From sequence record NZ_CP029448.1: a DNA stretch of 64,000 nucleotides; one strand, given 5' to 3'. Below, one piece after another: positions 54,621 to 64,000 of this stretch. The stretch comes from a plasmid. How positions within the stretch are numbered: position 1 is the first letter of the stretch; every line of letters starts with the position of its first letter. Below the pieces are notes generated by a model. That model saw only the letters and a list, made by a program, of their open reading frames with translations. It did no database searches and was not told the DNA's origin. The position numbers and the translations under genes were made by a program.

Positions 54621-57600
54621 TTATGACACGCTTTTTTTATGTCTGCGCAGCCAGATTAATTTGTAGGCGGCAGGAATAATGAACAGGGACAGCAGCGGAG
54701 CCGTGATCATCCCACCAATCATTGGCGCAGCAATACGGCTCATGACTTCTGAACCTGCGCCGGTTCCCCAGAGTATTGGCAGCAGACCCGCAATGATCAC
54801 CGCCACGGTCATGGCTTTCGGCCGGACACGCAGTACGGCACCATGATAGAGGGCTTCATCAAGACCTTCCGGTGTGAACGTCTCTTTACGGGACAATTCC
54901 GGGTGCGCTTCAATGGCATGACGCAGATACATCAGCATGACCACGCCAAACTCTGCTGCCACCCCGGCCAGGGCGATAAACCCGGTTCCGGTCGCCACTG
55001 ACATATGGAAGCCCTGCCAGTACAGGAACCATATTCCGCCAACCAGGGCGAACGGCAGGCTCATCAGGATCAGCAGGGCTTCGTCAACCCGGCGGAATGC
55101 CAGATACAACAGGATGAAAATGATCATCACCGTCATCGGCACCATCAGCTTCAGTTTCTTGTTGGCATGCTCAAGCAGTTCAAACTGTCCGGAGAATGCC
55201 ACACTGGTTCCCGGTCTCAGTTTCACTTTCTCGCTGATGGCCGTCTTAATGTCGTTAACCACCGACACCATGTCCCTGCCGCGGGCATCAACATAAATCC
55301 AGCTGGCTGGCCGGGCATTTTCGGTTTTCAGCATGGTTGGTCCAGAAACGACGTTAATATCCGCGACATCGCCCAGCGTGATCTGCTGCTTCATCGGGGT
55401 CAGGATCGGCATCTGTTTCAGCGCCTGCGGACTGTTCCGGTAATCCTGCGGGTAGCGAATGTTAATAGGGTACCGGGCCACCCCTTCAACCGTCTCACCC
55501 ACCATAGCTCCTCCGATTGCTGAAGAGACGAACAGCTGGACATCACCTACCGTCATCCCGTAGCGGGAGGCTTTCTCCCGGTTGATATCGATATCGATGT
55601 AGCGCCCGCCCTCAAGTCGCTCAGCCAGGACAGACACCACGCCAGGCACGGTTTTGGCTACCGCCTCGATACTCTGCGCCGTCGCGTCGATATCGGACAG
55701 AACAGTCCCGGACACTTTGATACCTATCGGGCTTTTGATCCCGGTTGAGAGCATATCAATACGGTTACGGATAGGCGGCACCCAGAGGTTTGCCAGACCC
55801 GGTAAACGGACTGTCCTGTCGAGTTCATCAATAATCTTGTCAATTGTCATGCCGGGACGCCACTGATCCTCAGGTTTGAGCTGGATCGTGGTTTCCACCA
55901 TTTCGAGCGGCGCGGAATCCGTTGCGGTCTCTGCTTTACCGGTCTTGCCAAATACAGAAGCCACTTCAGGAACGCTTTTGATTAACTTGTCTGTTGTCTG
56001 CAGGAGCGCTGCAGCTTCTGCCGGAGAGACGCCAGGCAAGGTCGACGGCATATACAGCAGATCGCCCTCGTTAATCTTCGGCAGAAATTCACCGCCCACC
56101 TGACTCAGTGGCCAGATAACCGTGAAAATGGACAAGGCCGCAACCAGCAGGGTTGTTTTTGGCCAGTGGAGGACCCGCAGCAGCAAAGGATGATACGCTT
56201 TGATCAGCACCCGGTTCAGGGGGTTACTTGTCTCGGCAGGAATTTTCCCCCGGATCCAGAATCCCATCAGAATAGGAATGACGATGATGGCCAGTGCGGC
56301 CGCTCCCGCCATGGAGTACGTTTTCGTGAATGCCAGCGGGCCAAACAGACGTCCTTCCTGACCTTCCAGGGTAAAGATAGGAATAAAGGACAGGGTGATG
56401 ATCAGCAGGCTGATAAACAGTGCGGGTCCCACTTCAACGGAGGCATCGGTAATCACCTTCCAGCGGGTGGCGTTGTCAATCTGCTCACCCGGATGCTGAT
56501 GATCCCACTCCTCAAGCCGCTTATGCGCATTCTCAATCATCACAATGGCGGCATCCACCATCGCACCGACGGCAATCGCTATCCCTCCCAGCGACATGAT
56601 ATTGGCGTTCAGTCCCTGGAAGTGCATGACGATAAAGGCGATACACAGACCAAGCGGCAGAGAGATAATCGCCACCAGGGCAGAACGTACGTGCCACAGG
56701 AACAGGGCACAGACGATGGCCACCACGATAAACTCTTCCAGAAGTTTGGAACTGAGGTTATCAATCGCCCGGTCGATGAGCTGGCTGCGATCGTAGGTGG
56801 TCACGATTTCAACGCCTTCCGGCAGGCTGGCCTTCAGCGTCTCAAGTTTATCCCTCACTGCCGTGATAACGTCGCGTGCATTTTTACCCGACCGCAGGAT
56901 CACCACGCCGCCAGCGACTTCGCCCTGGCCGTTCAGCTCGGCAATACCACGCCGCATTTCAGGCCCGGTCTGCACGCGGGCAACATCCCGCAGATAAACC
57001 GGCACGCCGTTCTCGCCTGTTTTCAGGACGATGTTATTAAAATCATCAATGCTCTGAAGATAACCGCTGGCACGGACCATATACTCAGCTTCGGCCATTT
57101 CAACGGATGAGCCACCGGCCTCCTGGTTAGACGATTCAAGGGCCTGTTTCACTTCGGGCAGGCTGATACCATACTGAGACAGTTTTACCGGATTGACCTG
57201 AATCTGGTACTGTTTCACCACGCCGCCAACCGAAGCGACCTCAGCCACGTTCGGGATGGTTTTCAGCTCAAATTTCAGGAACCAGTCCTGCAGAGAACGC
57301 AGTTCTGAAAGGTCGTGTTTTCCGCTGCGATCGACAAGGGCATATTCAAAAATCCAGCCCACACCCGTGGCATCCGGACCGATTTCAGAACTCACCCCGG
57401 CGGGCAGTTTTCCCTGAACCTGATTCAGATATTCCAGCACGCGGGAACGGGCCCAGTACAGATCGGTGCCGTCTTCAAAAATGACATATACATACGAATC
57501 ACCGAACTGTGAAAAACCACGCACAGTTTTTGCGCCAGGTACGGAGAGCATGGTGGTGGTAAGTGGATAGGTGACCTGGTTTTCTACAATCTGCGGGGCC

Positions 57601-57767
57601 TGGCCGGGATAGCTGGTTTTAATAATGACCTGCACATCTGACAGGTCAGGCAAGGCATCGACCGGCGTGTTAATAATCGTCCATGTACCCCAGATGCTGA
57701 GAAACAGGGCCCCCATCATGACCAGGAAACGGTTGGCGACAGAGCGCCGGATAATCCATTCAATCAT
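54621..57767 (-). CDS. silA: SilA RND efflux pump (CusA-like)
   Basis: 1048 aa, 12-TM RND architecture. Confidence 0.9.
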   Translation of the reverse strand: MIEWIIRRSVANRFLVMMGALFLSIWGTWTIINTPVDALPDLSDVQVIIKTSYPGQAPQIVENQVTYPLTTTMLSVPGAKTVRGFSQFGDSYVYVIFEDGTDLYWARSRVLEYLNQVQGKLPAGVSSEIGPDATGVGWIFEYALVDRSGKHDLSELRSLQDWFLKFELKTIPNVAEVASVGGVVKQYQIQVNPVKLSQYGISLPEVKQALESSNQEAGGSSVEMAEAEYMVRASGYLQSIDDFNNIVLKTGENGVPVYLRDVARVQTGPEMRRGIAELNGQGEVAGGVVILRSGKNARDVITAVRDKLETLKASLPEGVEIVTTYDRSQLIDRAIDNLSSKLLEEFIVVAIVCALFLWHVRSALVAIISLPLGLCIAFIVMHFQGLNANIMSLGGIAIAVGAMVDAAIVMIENAHKRLEEWDHQHPGEQIDNATRWKVITDASVEVGPALFISLLIITLSFIPIFTLEGQEGRLFGPLAFTKTYSMAGAAALAIIVIPILMGFWIRGKIPAETSNPLNRVLIKAYHPLLLRVLHWPKTTLLVAALSIFTVIWPLSQVGGEFLPKINEGDLLYMPSTLPGVSPAEAAALLQTTDKLIKSVPEVASVFGKTGKAETATDSAPLEMVETTIQLKPEDQWRPGMTIDKIIDELDRTVRLPGLANLWVPPIRNRIDMLSTGIKSPIGIKVSGTVLSDIDATAQSIEAVAKTVPGVVSVLAERLEGGRYIDIDINREKASRYGMTVGDVQLFVSSAIGGAMVGETVEGVARYPINIRYPQDYRNSPQALKQMPILTPMKQQITLGDVADINVVSGPTMLKTENARPASWIYVDARGRDMVSVVNDIKTAISEKVKLRPGTSVAFSGQFELLEHANKKLKLMVPMTVMIIFILLYLAFRRVDEALLILMSLPFALVGGIWFLYWQGFHMSVATGTGFIALAGVAAEFGVVMLMYLRHAIEAHPELSRKETFTPEGLDEALYHGAVLRVRPKAMTVAVIIAGLLPILWGTGAGSEVMSRIAAPMIGGMITAPLLSLFIIPAAYKLIWLRRHKKSVS

Positions 57768-57777
57768 CGTCGTCTCC

Positions 57778-59070
57778 TCAGTGCCCTGAATGCATATTTA
57801 CAGGCTGGTCAGACATTGCTGGCATACTGCTTTCTGTTTTTTCAGGATGGCGCATACGTTCCAGCGCGCCCGTAATATTGGCTTCGGAGTCAATGAGGAA
57901 CAGACCACTGACCACCACGGTATCGCCTTCATTCAGGCCGGAGCCGATGCCGGACTGTTGTTGTGATTCATGCAGAACGTGGATCTGTTTCGGCACAAAC
58001 TTGCCTTCATCATCAACAGTAATCACGCGCTGTTCTTTGCCGGTATCGATAACGGCCTGGCTTGGTATCAGCAGCATCTCCTGGCTCTTGGTATTGAGTT
58101 TCAGATAGGCATTCATGCCCGGCTTGAGAAACTCATCCTTATTAGAAACCTGGAGACGGACCTGAAGCGTACGGGTTGTCTGATCCACGCTGGGAAGAAT
58201 GTTCCATTTTTCGACATGGAATGTTTTATCCGGATAAGCCGGTACCGAAATTTCAAACTGCGACGTATCTTTCAGCAGATAGGCGATAGATTCCGGCACT
58301 GCAGCGCTGATCCAGACCGGGTCCATCCCCTGAATCTGAGCCACCACCTTATCTTTCGAAATATTCATGCCGGTGCGCAGGTCAAATGCAGTAATGACAC
58401 CATCAATAGGTGCTTTAATGGTAAAACGGGTCTGGATTGTGCGGGTTGAACGCAGTCTTTGAATATCCTCTTCCGGCATACCAGCCAGACGAAGTCGCTC
58501 CAGAACCCCTTTTATCTGGGTTGGCGTACCGCCTGTACCGGATAGCAGCAGGAACTCACTTTGTGCCTCAACCCATTCAGGAATGGTGATATCGATAAGC
58601 GGAGTGCCTTTCTTCACATGATCGCCAGTAGTCAGGGGATACACTTTTTCGACGAAACCGTCAGAGCGCGCCTGCACAATGACAAACTGATACTCGTTGT
58701 AACTGACATTAGCCGGGATTGTCTGAGAATAATTCAGCATTCCTCGCGTGACATTTTGCGTTTTTAATCCCAGATTCTGAACCTGGGTTGGATCGATACG
58801 GATCCCGCCATTGCTTTTATCGCCACTTTCATCAGCATATTTTGGCACAAGGTCCATATCCATAAAGGGAGATTTTCCGGGTTTATCAAATTTGGTATCC
58901 GGTTTCATCGGGTCATACCAGAAAAGTACCTTTTTCTCCGGTGCCTTTTGTTCTGTTTGTACTGTTTTTTGTGATGAGTTTACATACTGCCAGGCAGTAA
59001 CCGATATCAGCCCTCCTGCTATGAGGCTGCTGATAATTATTGCAGCATATTTTATCTTTAAAGAAGCCAT
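57778..59070 (-). CDS. silB: SilB membrane fusion protein (CusB-like)
   Basis: 430 aa. Confidence 0.85.
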   Translation of the reverse strand: MASLKIKYAAIIISSLIAGGLISVTAWQYVNSSQKTVQTEQKAPEKKVLFWYDPMKPDTKFDKPGKSPFMDMDLVPKYADESGDKSNGGIRIDPTQVQNLGLKTQNVTRGMLNYSQTIPANVSYNEYQFVIVQARSDGFVEKVYPLTTGDHVKKGTPLIDITIPEWVEAQSEFLLLSGTGGTPTQIKGVLERLRLAGMPEEDIQRLRSTRTIQTRFTIKAPIDGVITAFDLRTGMNISKDKVVAQIQGMDPVWISAAVPESIAYLLKDTSQFEISVPAYPDKTFHVEKWNILPSVDQTTRTLQVRLQVSNKDEFLKPGMNAYLKLNTKSQEMLLIPSQAVIDTGKEQRVITVDDEGKFVPKQIHVLHESQQQSGIGSGLNEGDTVVVSGLFLIDSEANITGALERMRHPEKTESSMPAMSDQPVNMHSGH

Positions 59071-59183
59071 ACAATTTCTCGCTGAAAAATCAAAACACCT
59101 GGCATATGCGGCCGATCATTCATTCACAGTAATCCCTTAATGAATGTTCAGACGCACTGGATGTATTCGCTCCGGACAGTCAA

Positions 59184-59537
59184 TCAGGATTGCGTAACGT
59201 TAATGCTTTTGAGTAAGGAGATATTGCCCTGCTGAATAAACGAGAAATCGACATGGTTGCCGGTTTTCAGGGCATTGATAGCGTCGTCTGCATTAACAAA
59301 AGTGAAGCGCATGGTCATTGCAGGCCAGCCCACCGCAGGGATTGCTTCGTGCGAAATGGTGATCTTTTTACTATTTATATCAATTTCTTTAACGACACCG
59401 GTGCCCTTGATAACCTGCTGTACCGAAGCATCACTGGCAGTATTCATATCGCCATGCTGATGTGTTTCAGCATGAAGACCGGCAGAAAACATGACAGAGA
59501 AGGCACCAAATAAAACAGCTTTAAGTGAATTACGCAT
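59184..59537 (-). CDS. silF: SilF periplasmic Ag/Cu chaperone (CusF-like)
   Basis: 117 aa, signal peptide. Confidence 0.85.
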   Translation of the reverse strand: MRNSLKAVLFGAFSVMFSAGLHAETHQHGDMNTASDASVQQVIKGTGVVKEIDINSKKITISHEAIPAVGWPAMTMRFTFVNADDAINALKTGNHVDFSFIQQGNISLLKSINVTQS

Positions 59538-59565
59538 TTTTAATTTCCTGATTAATTAAATAAAT

Positions 59566-60951
59566 TTATTCTACCCAACCGCCACCCAGCGCAGTAAACA
59601 GATTAATTTCGTTAACCTGTCGGGAATAGGTAAGATCGAGAATGGTTTGCTGCGTAGCGAAGAGGGAACGTTCTGCATCCAGCACTTCGATGTAACTGAC
59701 AGCACCACTTGCATACAATCCTCTGGCTCGCTGGAGAGTTATCTGAAGTGAATCAAGATAACGCTGCTGTGACTCAAGTTGCTGGCTAAGGCTGTCGCGC
59801 AGCGCAAGCGTGTCGGAAACATCCTTAAAGGCTGACTGAATTTTTTGTTCGTAATTAACCACCGACTGTTGCTGGCGAATTTCAGCCAGCTTCAGATTGG
59901 CTTTATTCCTGCCAGCATTAAATATAGGAATTTCAATTTTAGGGATAAAATTCCACATTCCACTTCCTGACGTAAACAGGCTGGACAGCTCCGTACTGCT
60001 TGCGGAAAGGCCACTGGTCAGGGTAATGGACGGGAAAAAGGCCGCCCGCGCTGCGCCAATATTCGCATCAGCCGCTTTCAGCTGGTATTCCGCCTCCATA
60101 ATATCCGGTCGCTGCAGCAAAATTTGTGACGACAGGTTTGATGGCAGTTTAACTGGCGCGATCTCACCGCCTTTCATCCCTTTTTCTGGCGGCAGTGCAC
60201 GGTACGTTCCCAGCACCAGTTGCAGGGCATTGTTTGCCTGAGCCAGATCGCCTTCTCGTTTGGCTATCTCAGCGCGGGTACTTTCGATTTGTCCCCTGGC
60301 CTGTTCAAGCGCCAGCACATTCGTACTCCCGGTCACGAGCTGTTGCTCAACGAAAGCATAGGACTGTTCGTAATTTTTCAGCGTTTCCCGCGCGATACGG
60401 AGTTGTTCATACGCCAGTTGCTGGCTGAAATAGCTTTGTGAAACGCTGGAGACCAGCAGGATATGTACAGCCCGACGGGCTTCTTCGCTGGCAAAGTAGT
60501 TCTGGCGATCAGCGTCACTCATGTTCTTGAGCTTGCCGAAAAAATCGAGCTCATAGCGGAGTTCCAGACCCGCGTCGTACTCCTGTGTGGTCGGCTTGTC
60601 GCCTTTCAGACCACCGCTGTAGGTGATCCCGGATGAGGCATTCAGCTGGGGATAACGATCTGCATCCGTGACGTTGAACTGGGCCCGGGCCTCTTCAACC
60701 TTCAGGGCAGCCATTCTCAAATTACGGTTATTAGCAAGGGCTTCCCCGATCAGCCGGGTAACCTGGGGATCGACAAAAAAGTTACGCCAGCCCGTATCCT
60801 GATAACCATTCACTGCTGGCGTCAGGCTGTTTCGGGACAGTGAAAACTGCTGGGGTACCGGTGCTGCCGGGCGCTGATATTCAGGTGCCAGAGAGACACA
60901 ACCAGCCAGGATGAATATCGTGCTGATGCTGAGTAATTTTAATTTGAACAT
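59566..60951 (-). CDS. silC: SilC outer-membrane factor (CusC-like); start called at MFKLKLL
   Basis: Lipoprotein signal ...ILAGC; the ORF-track upstream extension is ignored. Confidence 0.8.
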   Translation of the reverse strand: MFKLKLLSISTIFILAGCVSLAPEYQRPAAPVPQQFSLSRNSLTPAVNGYQDTGWRNFFVDPQVTRLIGEALANNRNLRMAALKVEEARAQFNVTDADRYPQLNASSGITYSGGLKGDKPTTQEYDAGLELRYELDFFGKLKNMSDADRQNYFASEEARRAVHILLVSSVSQSYFSQQLAYEQLRIARETLKNYEQSYAFVEQQLVTGSTNVLALEQARGQIESTRAEIAKREGDLAQANNALQLVLGTYRALPPEKGMKGGEIAPVKLPSNLSSQILLQRPDIMEAEYQLKAADANIGAARAAFFPSITLTSGLSASSTELSSLFTSGSGMWNFIPKIEIPIFNAGRNKANLKLAEIRQQQSVVNYEQKIQSAFKDVSDTLALRDSLSQQLESQQRYLDSLQITLQRARGLYASGAVSYIEVLDAERSLFATQQTILDLTYSRQVNEINLFTALGGGWVE

Positions 60952-61052
60952 AACGCTTCTCGTCCAGGCAGACCTGGTAAATGGTTCAAATGAAGTCCAG
61001 AGTATTGATAGGGATACTTTACCGAACGCTCTCTGTTTGCCGGGTGACAGGA

Positions 61053-61071
61053 TAATGACAATGTTGTCATT
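61053..61071. promoter_or_regulatory. CusR/SilR box in the silC/silR divergent promoter
   Basis: AATGACAATGTTGTCATTA. Confidence 0.6.
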
Positions 61072-61140
61072 ATTGCTGTAATCCGTTGATAACGATCGTG
61101 AGCGCAATAGAATGACCGTAGCAGCCGACCGGGGAGCAAG

Positions 61141-61821
61141 ATGAAAATATTGATCGTCGAAGACGAAATTAAAACAGGTGAATATCTCAGCAAGGGACTG
61201 TCAGAGGCAGGGTTCGTGGTGGATCACGCCGATAATGGTCTTAGCGGATACCATCTCGCCATGACTGCCGAGTATGATTTAATCATTCTGGACATCATGC
61301 TGCCTGATGTGAACGGCTGGGACATCATCCGTATGCTGCGCTCGGCCGGAAAGGGGATGCCGGTCTTGCTGCTGACGGCCCTTGGCACGATTGAACACCG
61401 GGTCAAAGGACTGGAACTGGGAGCGGACGATTATCTGGTTAAACCCTTCGCGTTTGCCGAACTGCTCGCCCGGGTAAGGACCCTACTGAGGCGGGGAAAC
61501 ACGCTGATCACGGAAAGTCAGTTTAAGGTGGCTGACCTCTCGGTTGATCTCGTCTCCAGAAAAGTCAGTCGCGCCGGAAACCGCATTGTGCTCACCAGTA
61601 AAGAGTTCAGCCTGCTGGAATTTTTCATTCGCCATCAGGGTGAAGTGCTACCCCGCTCCCTGATTGCCTCTCAGGTCTGGGACATGAATTTTGACAGCGA
61701 CACTAACGCGATTGATGTCGCCGTAAAGCGACTTCGCGCGAAAATAGACAACGATTACGGGACAAAGCTGATCCAGACAGTCCGGGGCGTGGGCTACATG
61801 CTGGAGGTCCCGGATGCATAG
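61141..61821 (+). CDS. silR: SilR response regulator
   Basis: [20 protein letters not shown]... Confidence 0.9.
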   Translation: MKILIVEDEIKTGEYLSKGLSEAGFVVDHADNGLSGYHLAMTAEYDLIILDIMLPDVNGWDIIRMLRSAGKGMPVLLLTALGTIEHRVKGLELGADDYLVKPFAFAELLARVRTLLRRGNTLITESQFKVADLSVDLVSRKVSRAGNRIVLTSKEFSLLEFFIRHQGEVLPRSLIASQVWDMNFDSDTNAIDVAVKRLRAKIDNDYGTKLIQTVRGVGYMLEVPDA

Positions 61822-63289
61822 CAAACCGTCCAGACGCCCGTTCTCGCTCGCGCTGCGGCTGACCTTTTTTATCAGCCTGTCCACGATACTGGCTTTTATC
61901 GCCTTCACCTGGTTTATGCTGCATTCGGTTGAAAATCATTTTGCCGAGCAGGATGTCAGCGATCTGCAGCAAATCAGTACCACACTGAATCGTATAATGC
62001 AGTCCCCGGCGGATCCGGATGAAAAAAAAATAAGCAAAATAAAGGAGTCGATTGCCAGCTACCGCAACGTTGCCTTTTTGCTCCTCAACCCCAGGGGGGA
62101 GGTGCTCTTCAGTTCAGCGCAGGGGGCAGCACTACGCCCGGCCGTGAATTCAGCAGATTTTAACGAGCACAGCCGCGCACGGGATGTCTTTCTCTGGACG
62201 GTGGAAGAGCCTGCGGGTCCGATGCACGCCGAATCCGGAATGAAAATGGACACCTACCGGATTATCGCCTCCTCTGGTCAGGCGATTTTTCAGGGTAAAC
62301 AGCAGAACTATGTCATGCTGACTGGCCTCTCCATAAATTTCCATCTCCACTATCTCGATGCGCTGAAAAAGAATCTGATTGCGATTGCCGTCGTGATAAG
62401 CCTGCTGATTGTTCTGATCATTCGTATCGCCGTCCGGCAGGGACATCTGCCCCTTCGTAATGTCAGCACGGCCATTAAAAACATCACTTCCGAGAATCTT
62501 GATGCGCGGCTGGAATCGACACGCGTTCCCATTGAGCTGGAGCAGCTGGTTATCTCGTTCAATCATATGATTGGAAAGATTGAGGATGTCTTTACCCGCC
62601 AGGCCAATTTCTCTGCCGATATCGCCCACGAGATCAGAACGCCCATCACCAATCTGGTGACGCAGACTGAGATCGCACTGAGTCAGGACCGGACGCAGAA
62701 GGAGCTCGAGGATGTCCTCTACTCCAGTCTTGAAGAGTATAACCGGATGACCAAAATGGTCAGCGATATGCTGTTTCTGGCCCAAGCGGACAATAACCAG
62801 CTGATACCTGACAGGGTCAGATTTGATCTCAGAGCGGAAGTCCTGAAAGTCTTCGAATTTTTCGAAGCCTGGGCCGAAGAACGCAATATCACGCTCAGGT
62901 TTAACGGGATGCCCTGTCTGGTTGAGGGCGATCCACAAATGTTCAGAAGAGCAATCAATAACCTGCTGTCCAATGCCCTGCGTTATACCCCGGAGGGACA
63001 GGCCATCACCGTCGCCATCAAAGAACAGGAAAATGTTTTTGACCTGGTGATTGAAAATCCGGGAAAACCTATCCCTGAGGAGCATTTATCAAGGCTGTTT
63101 GACCGTTTTTATCGGGTGGATCCGTCCAGGCAACGAAAAGGAGAAGGCAGCGGCATCGGTCTTGCTATCGTGAAGTCCATTGTGGAAGCACATCACGGAA
63201 GAGTAAATGTGGAATCAGACGTACGCTCCACGCGTTTTATCTTATCCGTGCCCAGACTGGAGAAAATGATCCCGGAAACCCAATGCTGA
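61814..63289 (+). CDS. silS: SilS sensor histidine kinase
   Basis: 491 aa, H-box [10 protein letters not shown]. Confidence 0.9.
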   Translation: MHSKPSRRPFSLALRLTFFISLSTILAFIAFTWFMLHSVENHFAEQDVSDLQQISTTLNRIMQSPADPDEKKISKIKESIASYRNVAFLLLNPRGEVLFSSAQGAALRPAVNSADFNEHSRARDVFLWTVEEPAGPMHAESGMKMDTYRIIASSGQAIFQGKQQNYVMLTGLSINFHLHYLDALKKNLIAIAVVISLLIVLIIRIAVRQGHLPLRNVSTAIKNITSENLDARLESTRVPIELEQLVISFNHMIGKIEDVFTRQANFSADIAHEIRTPITNLVTQTEIALSQDRTQKELEDVLYSSLEEYNRMTKMVSDMLFLAQADNNQLIPDRVRFDLRAEVLKVFEFFEAWAEERNITLRFNGMPCLVEGDPQMFRRAINNLLSNALRYTPEGQAITVAIKEQENVFDLVIENPGKPIPEEHLSRLFDRFYRVDPSRQRKGEGSGIGLAIVKSIVEAHHGRVNVESDVRSTRFILSVPRLEKMIPETQC

Positions 63290-63301
63290 AAATAAAGATG
63301 T

Positions 63302-63319
63302 AAATGACAAAGATGTCAT
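63302..63319. promoter_or_regulatory. CusR/SilR box upstream of silE
   Basis: AATGACAAAGATGTCATT. Confidence 0.55.
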
Positions 63320-63539
63320 TAGCCTGTCATGCAGCAAACAGAAGCCATTCGATATAATTAGTGCAACTTATCAGGAAGGCTGGATTGCTTCATCAATACC
63401 CGGCGTCAGAGTACGCCAGGAAATGAATATCCAGCCCTCTTCCGGAGAAATAAATGCTGCCGAACTTGTTTCAGTTATGGAACTGAAAACACCGGTTGTA
63501 CTTCCCCGGACATCACTAATTCAGAAATGGAGAGTTATC

Positions 63540-63971
63540 ATGAAAAATATCGTATTAGCATCTTTGCTGGGCTTTGGTTTAATTTCATCGGCCTGGGCCA
63601 CTGAAACCGTGAATATCCATGATCGCGTCAACAATGCACAGGCTCCTGCTCACCAGATGCAGTCTGCTGCGGCTCCTGTCGGGATCCAGGGGACTGCTCC
63701 TCGTATGACCGGTATGGACCAGCATGAACAGGCCATTATTGCTCATGAAACCATGACGAACGGCTCGGCGGATGCGCACCAGAAAATGGTGGAAAGTCAT
63801 CAGAAGATGATGGGAAATAACACGGTATCCACGACCGTCCCGTCAACGTCTTACGCGGCGATGAATGAGCATGAAAGAGCAGCGGTTGCCCATGAATTCA
63901 TGAATAACGGGCAATCCGGCCCACATCAGGCCATGGCCGAAGCGCACCGCCGCATGATCAATGCAGGCTGA
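63540..63971 (+). CDS. silE: SilE periplasmic silver-binding protein
   Basis: MKNIVLASLLGFGLISSAWATETVNIHDRVNNAQAPAHQMQ... Confidence 0.9.
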   Translation: MKNIVLASLLGFGLISSAWATETVNIHDRVNNAQAPAHQMQSAAAPVGIQGTAPRMTGMDQHEQAIIAHETMTNGSADAHQKMVESHQKMMGNNTVSTTVPSTSYAAMNEHERAAVAHEFMNNGQSGPHQAMAEAHRRMINAG

Positions 63972-64000
63972 ATGCGACGGTAGTATCCGTGCTGTTACCT

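Noticed and set aside
56166-57110. 314-aa plus-strand ORF inside silA
   Set aside because: Antisense to a conserved RND pump gene; His/Gly/Asp-rich junk.

Overview
This window reads as a Klebsiella/Enterobacteriaceae-type IncFII-family plasmid. It carries a replicon, an insertion-sequence-rich resistance region, and a silver/copper resistance island.

Layout, in window order:
1. A mosaic of IS fragments (1-773): IS1, then an IS110-family C-terminal piece, then an IS3-family 3' end.
2. A stand-alone DUF262 (ParB-like nuclease-fold) gene (775-1950), whose stop codon overlaps a 286-bp miniature element bounded by 38-bp Tn3-family inverted repeats.
3. An IncFII replication module: copB/repA2, the CopA antisense region, the tap leader peptide, repA1, and an origin with a DnaA box.
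4. A PemK/MazF-like toxin-antitoxin pair preceded by palindromic repeats.
5. A remnant mercury-transposon end plus the 3' end of merR (6304-6464), truncated by a 3664-bp Tn5403-like Tn3-family element (tnpR/tnpA only).
6. ygbI (DeoR regulator) and a blaSHV allele carrying the G238S extended-spectrum substitution.
7. IS903, then IS2 truncated by an IS1 end.
8. A Tn21-subgroup mercury transposon (merRTPCADE, tnpR, tnpA) with an IS4321/IS5075-type element (1327 bp) sitting inside its tnpA-side inverted repeat.
9. An AT-rich island of roughly 9 kb (23595-32417) holding two large open reading frames (ORFs) that I could not recognise as any known gene. Each is cleanly split by an IS: IS5 in the first, IS903 in the second. 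The second reconstructs to an 834-aa protein with an N-terminal HsdR_N/Mrr-type PD-(D/E)xK nuclease motif and a STAND/NB-ARC-like P-loop NTPase. It is my best candidate for an undescribed, now-inactivated single-gene anti-phage system.
10. A tandem cluster of IS481-like transposase genes and pseudogenes, carrying a second inverted Tn5403-like copy with a 5-bp target duplication.
11. Hypothetical genes including hha.
12. parDE, then a CHASRI-type pcoABCDRSE / pcoE-like / pcoG / silP-silABFC / silRS / silE metal-resistance cluster with CusR-type operator boxes.

The two Tn5403-like copies and the two IS903 copies are arranged as nested inverted repeats. A 161-bp direct repeat of the mercury-transposon end brackets the blaSHV module.
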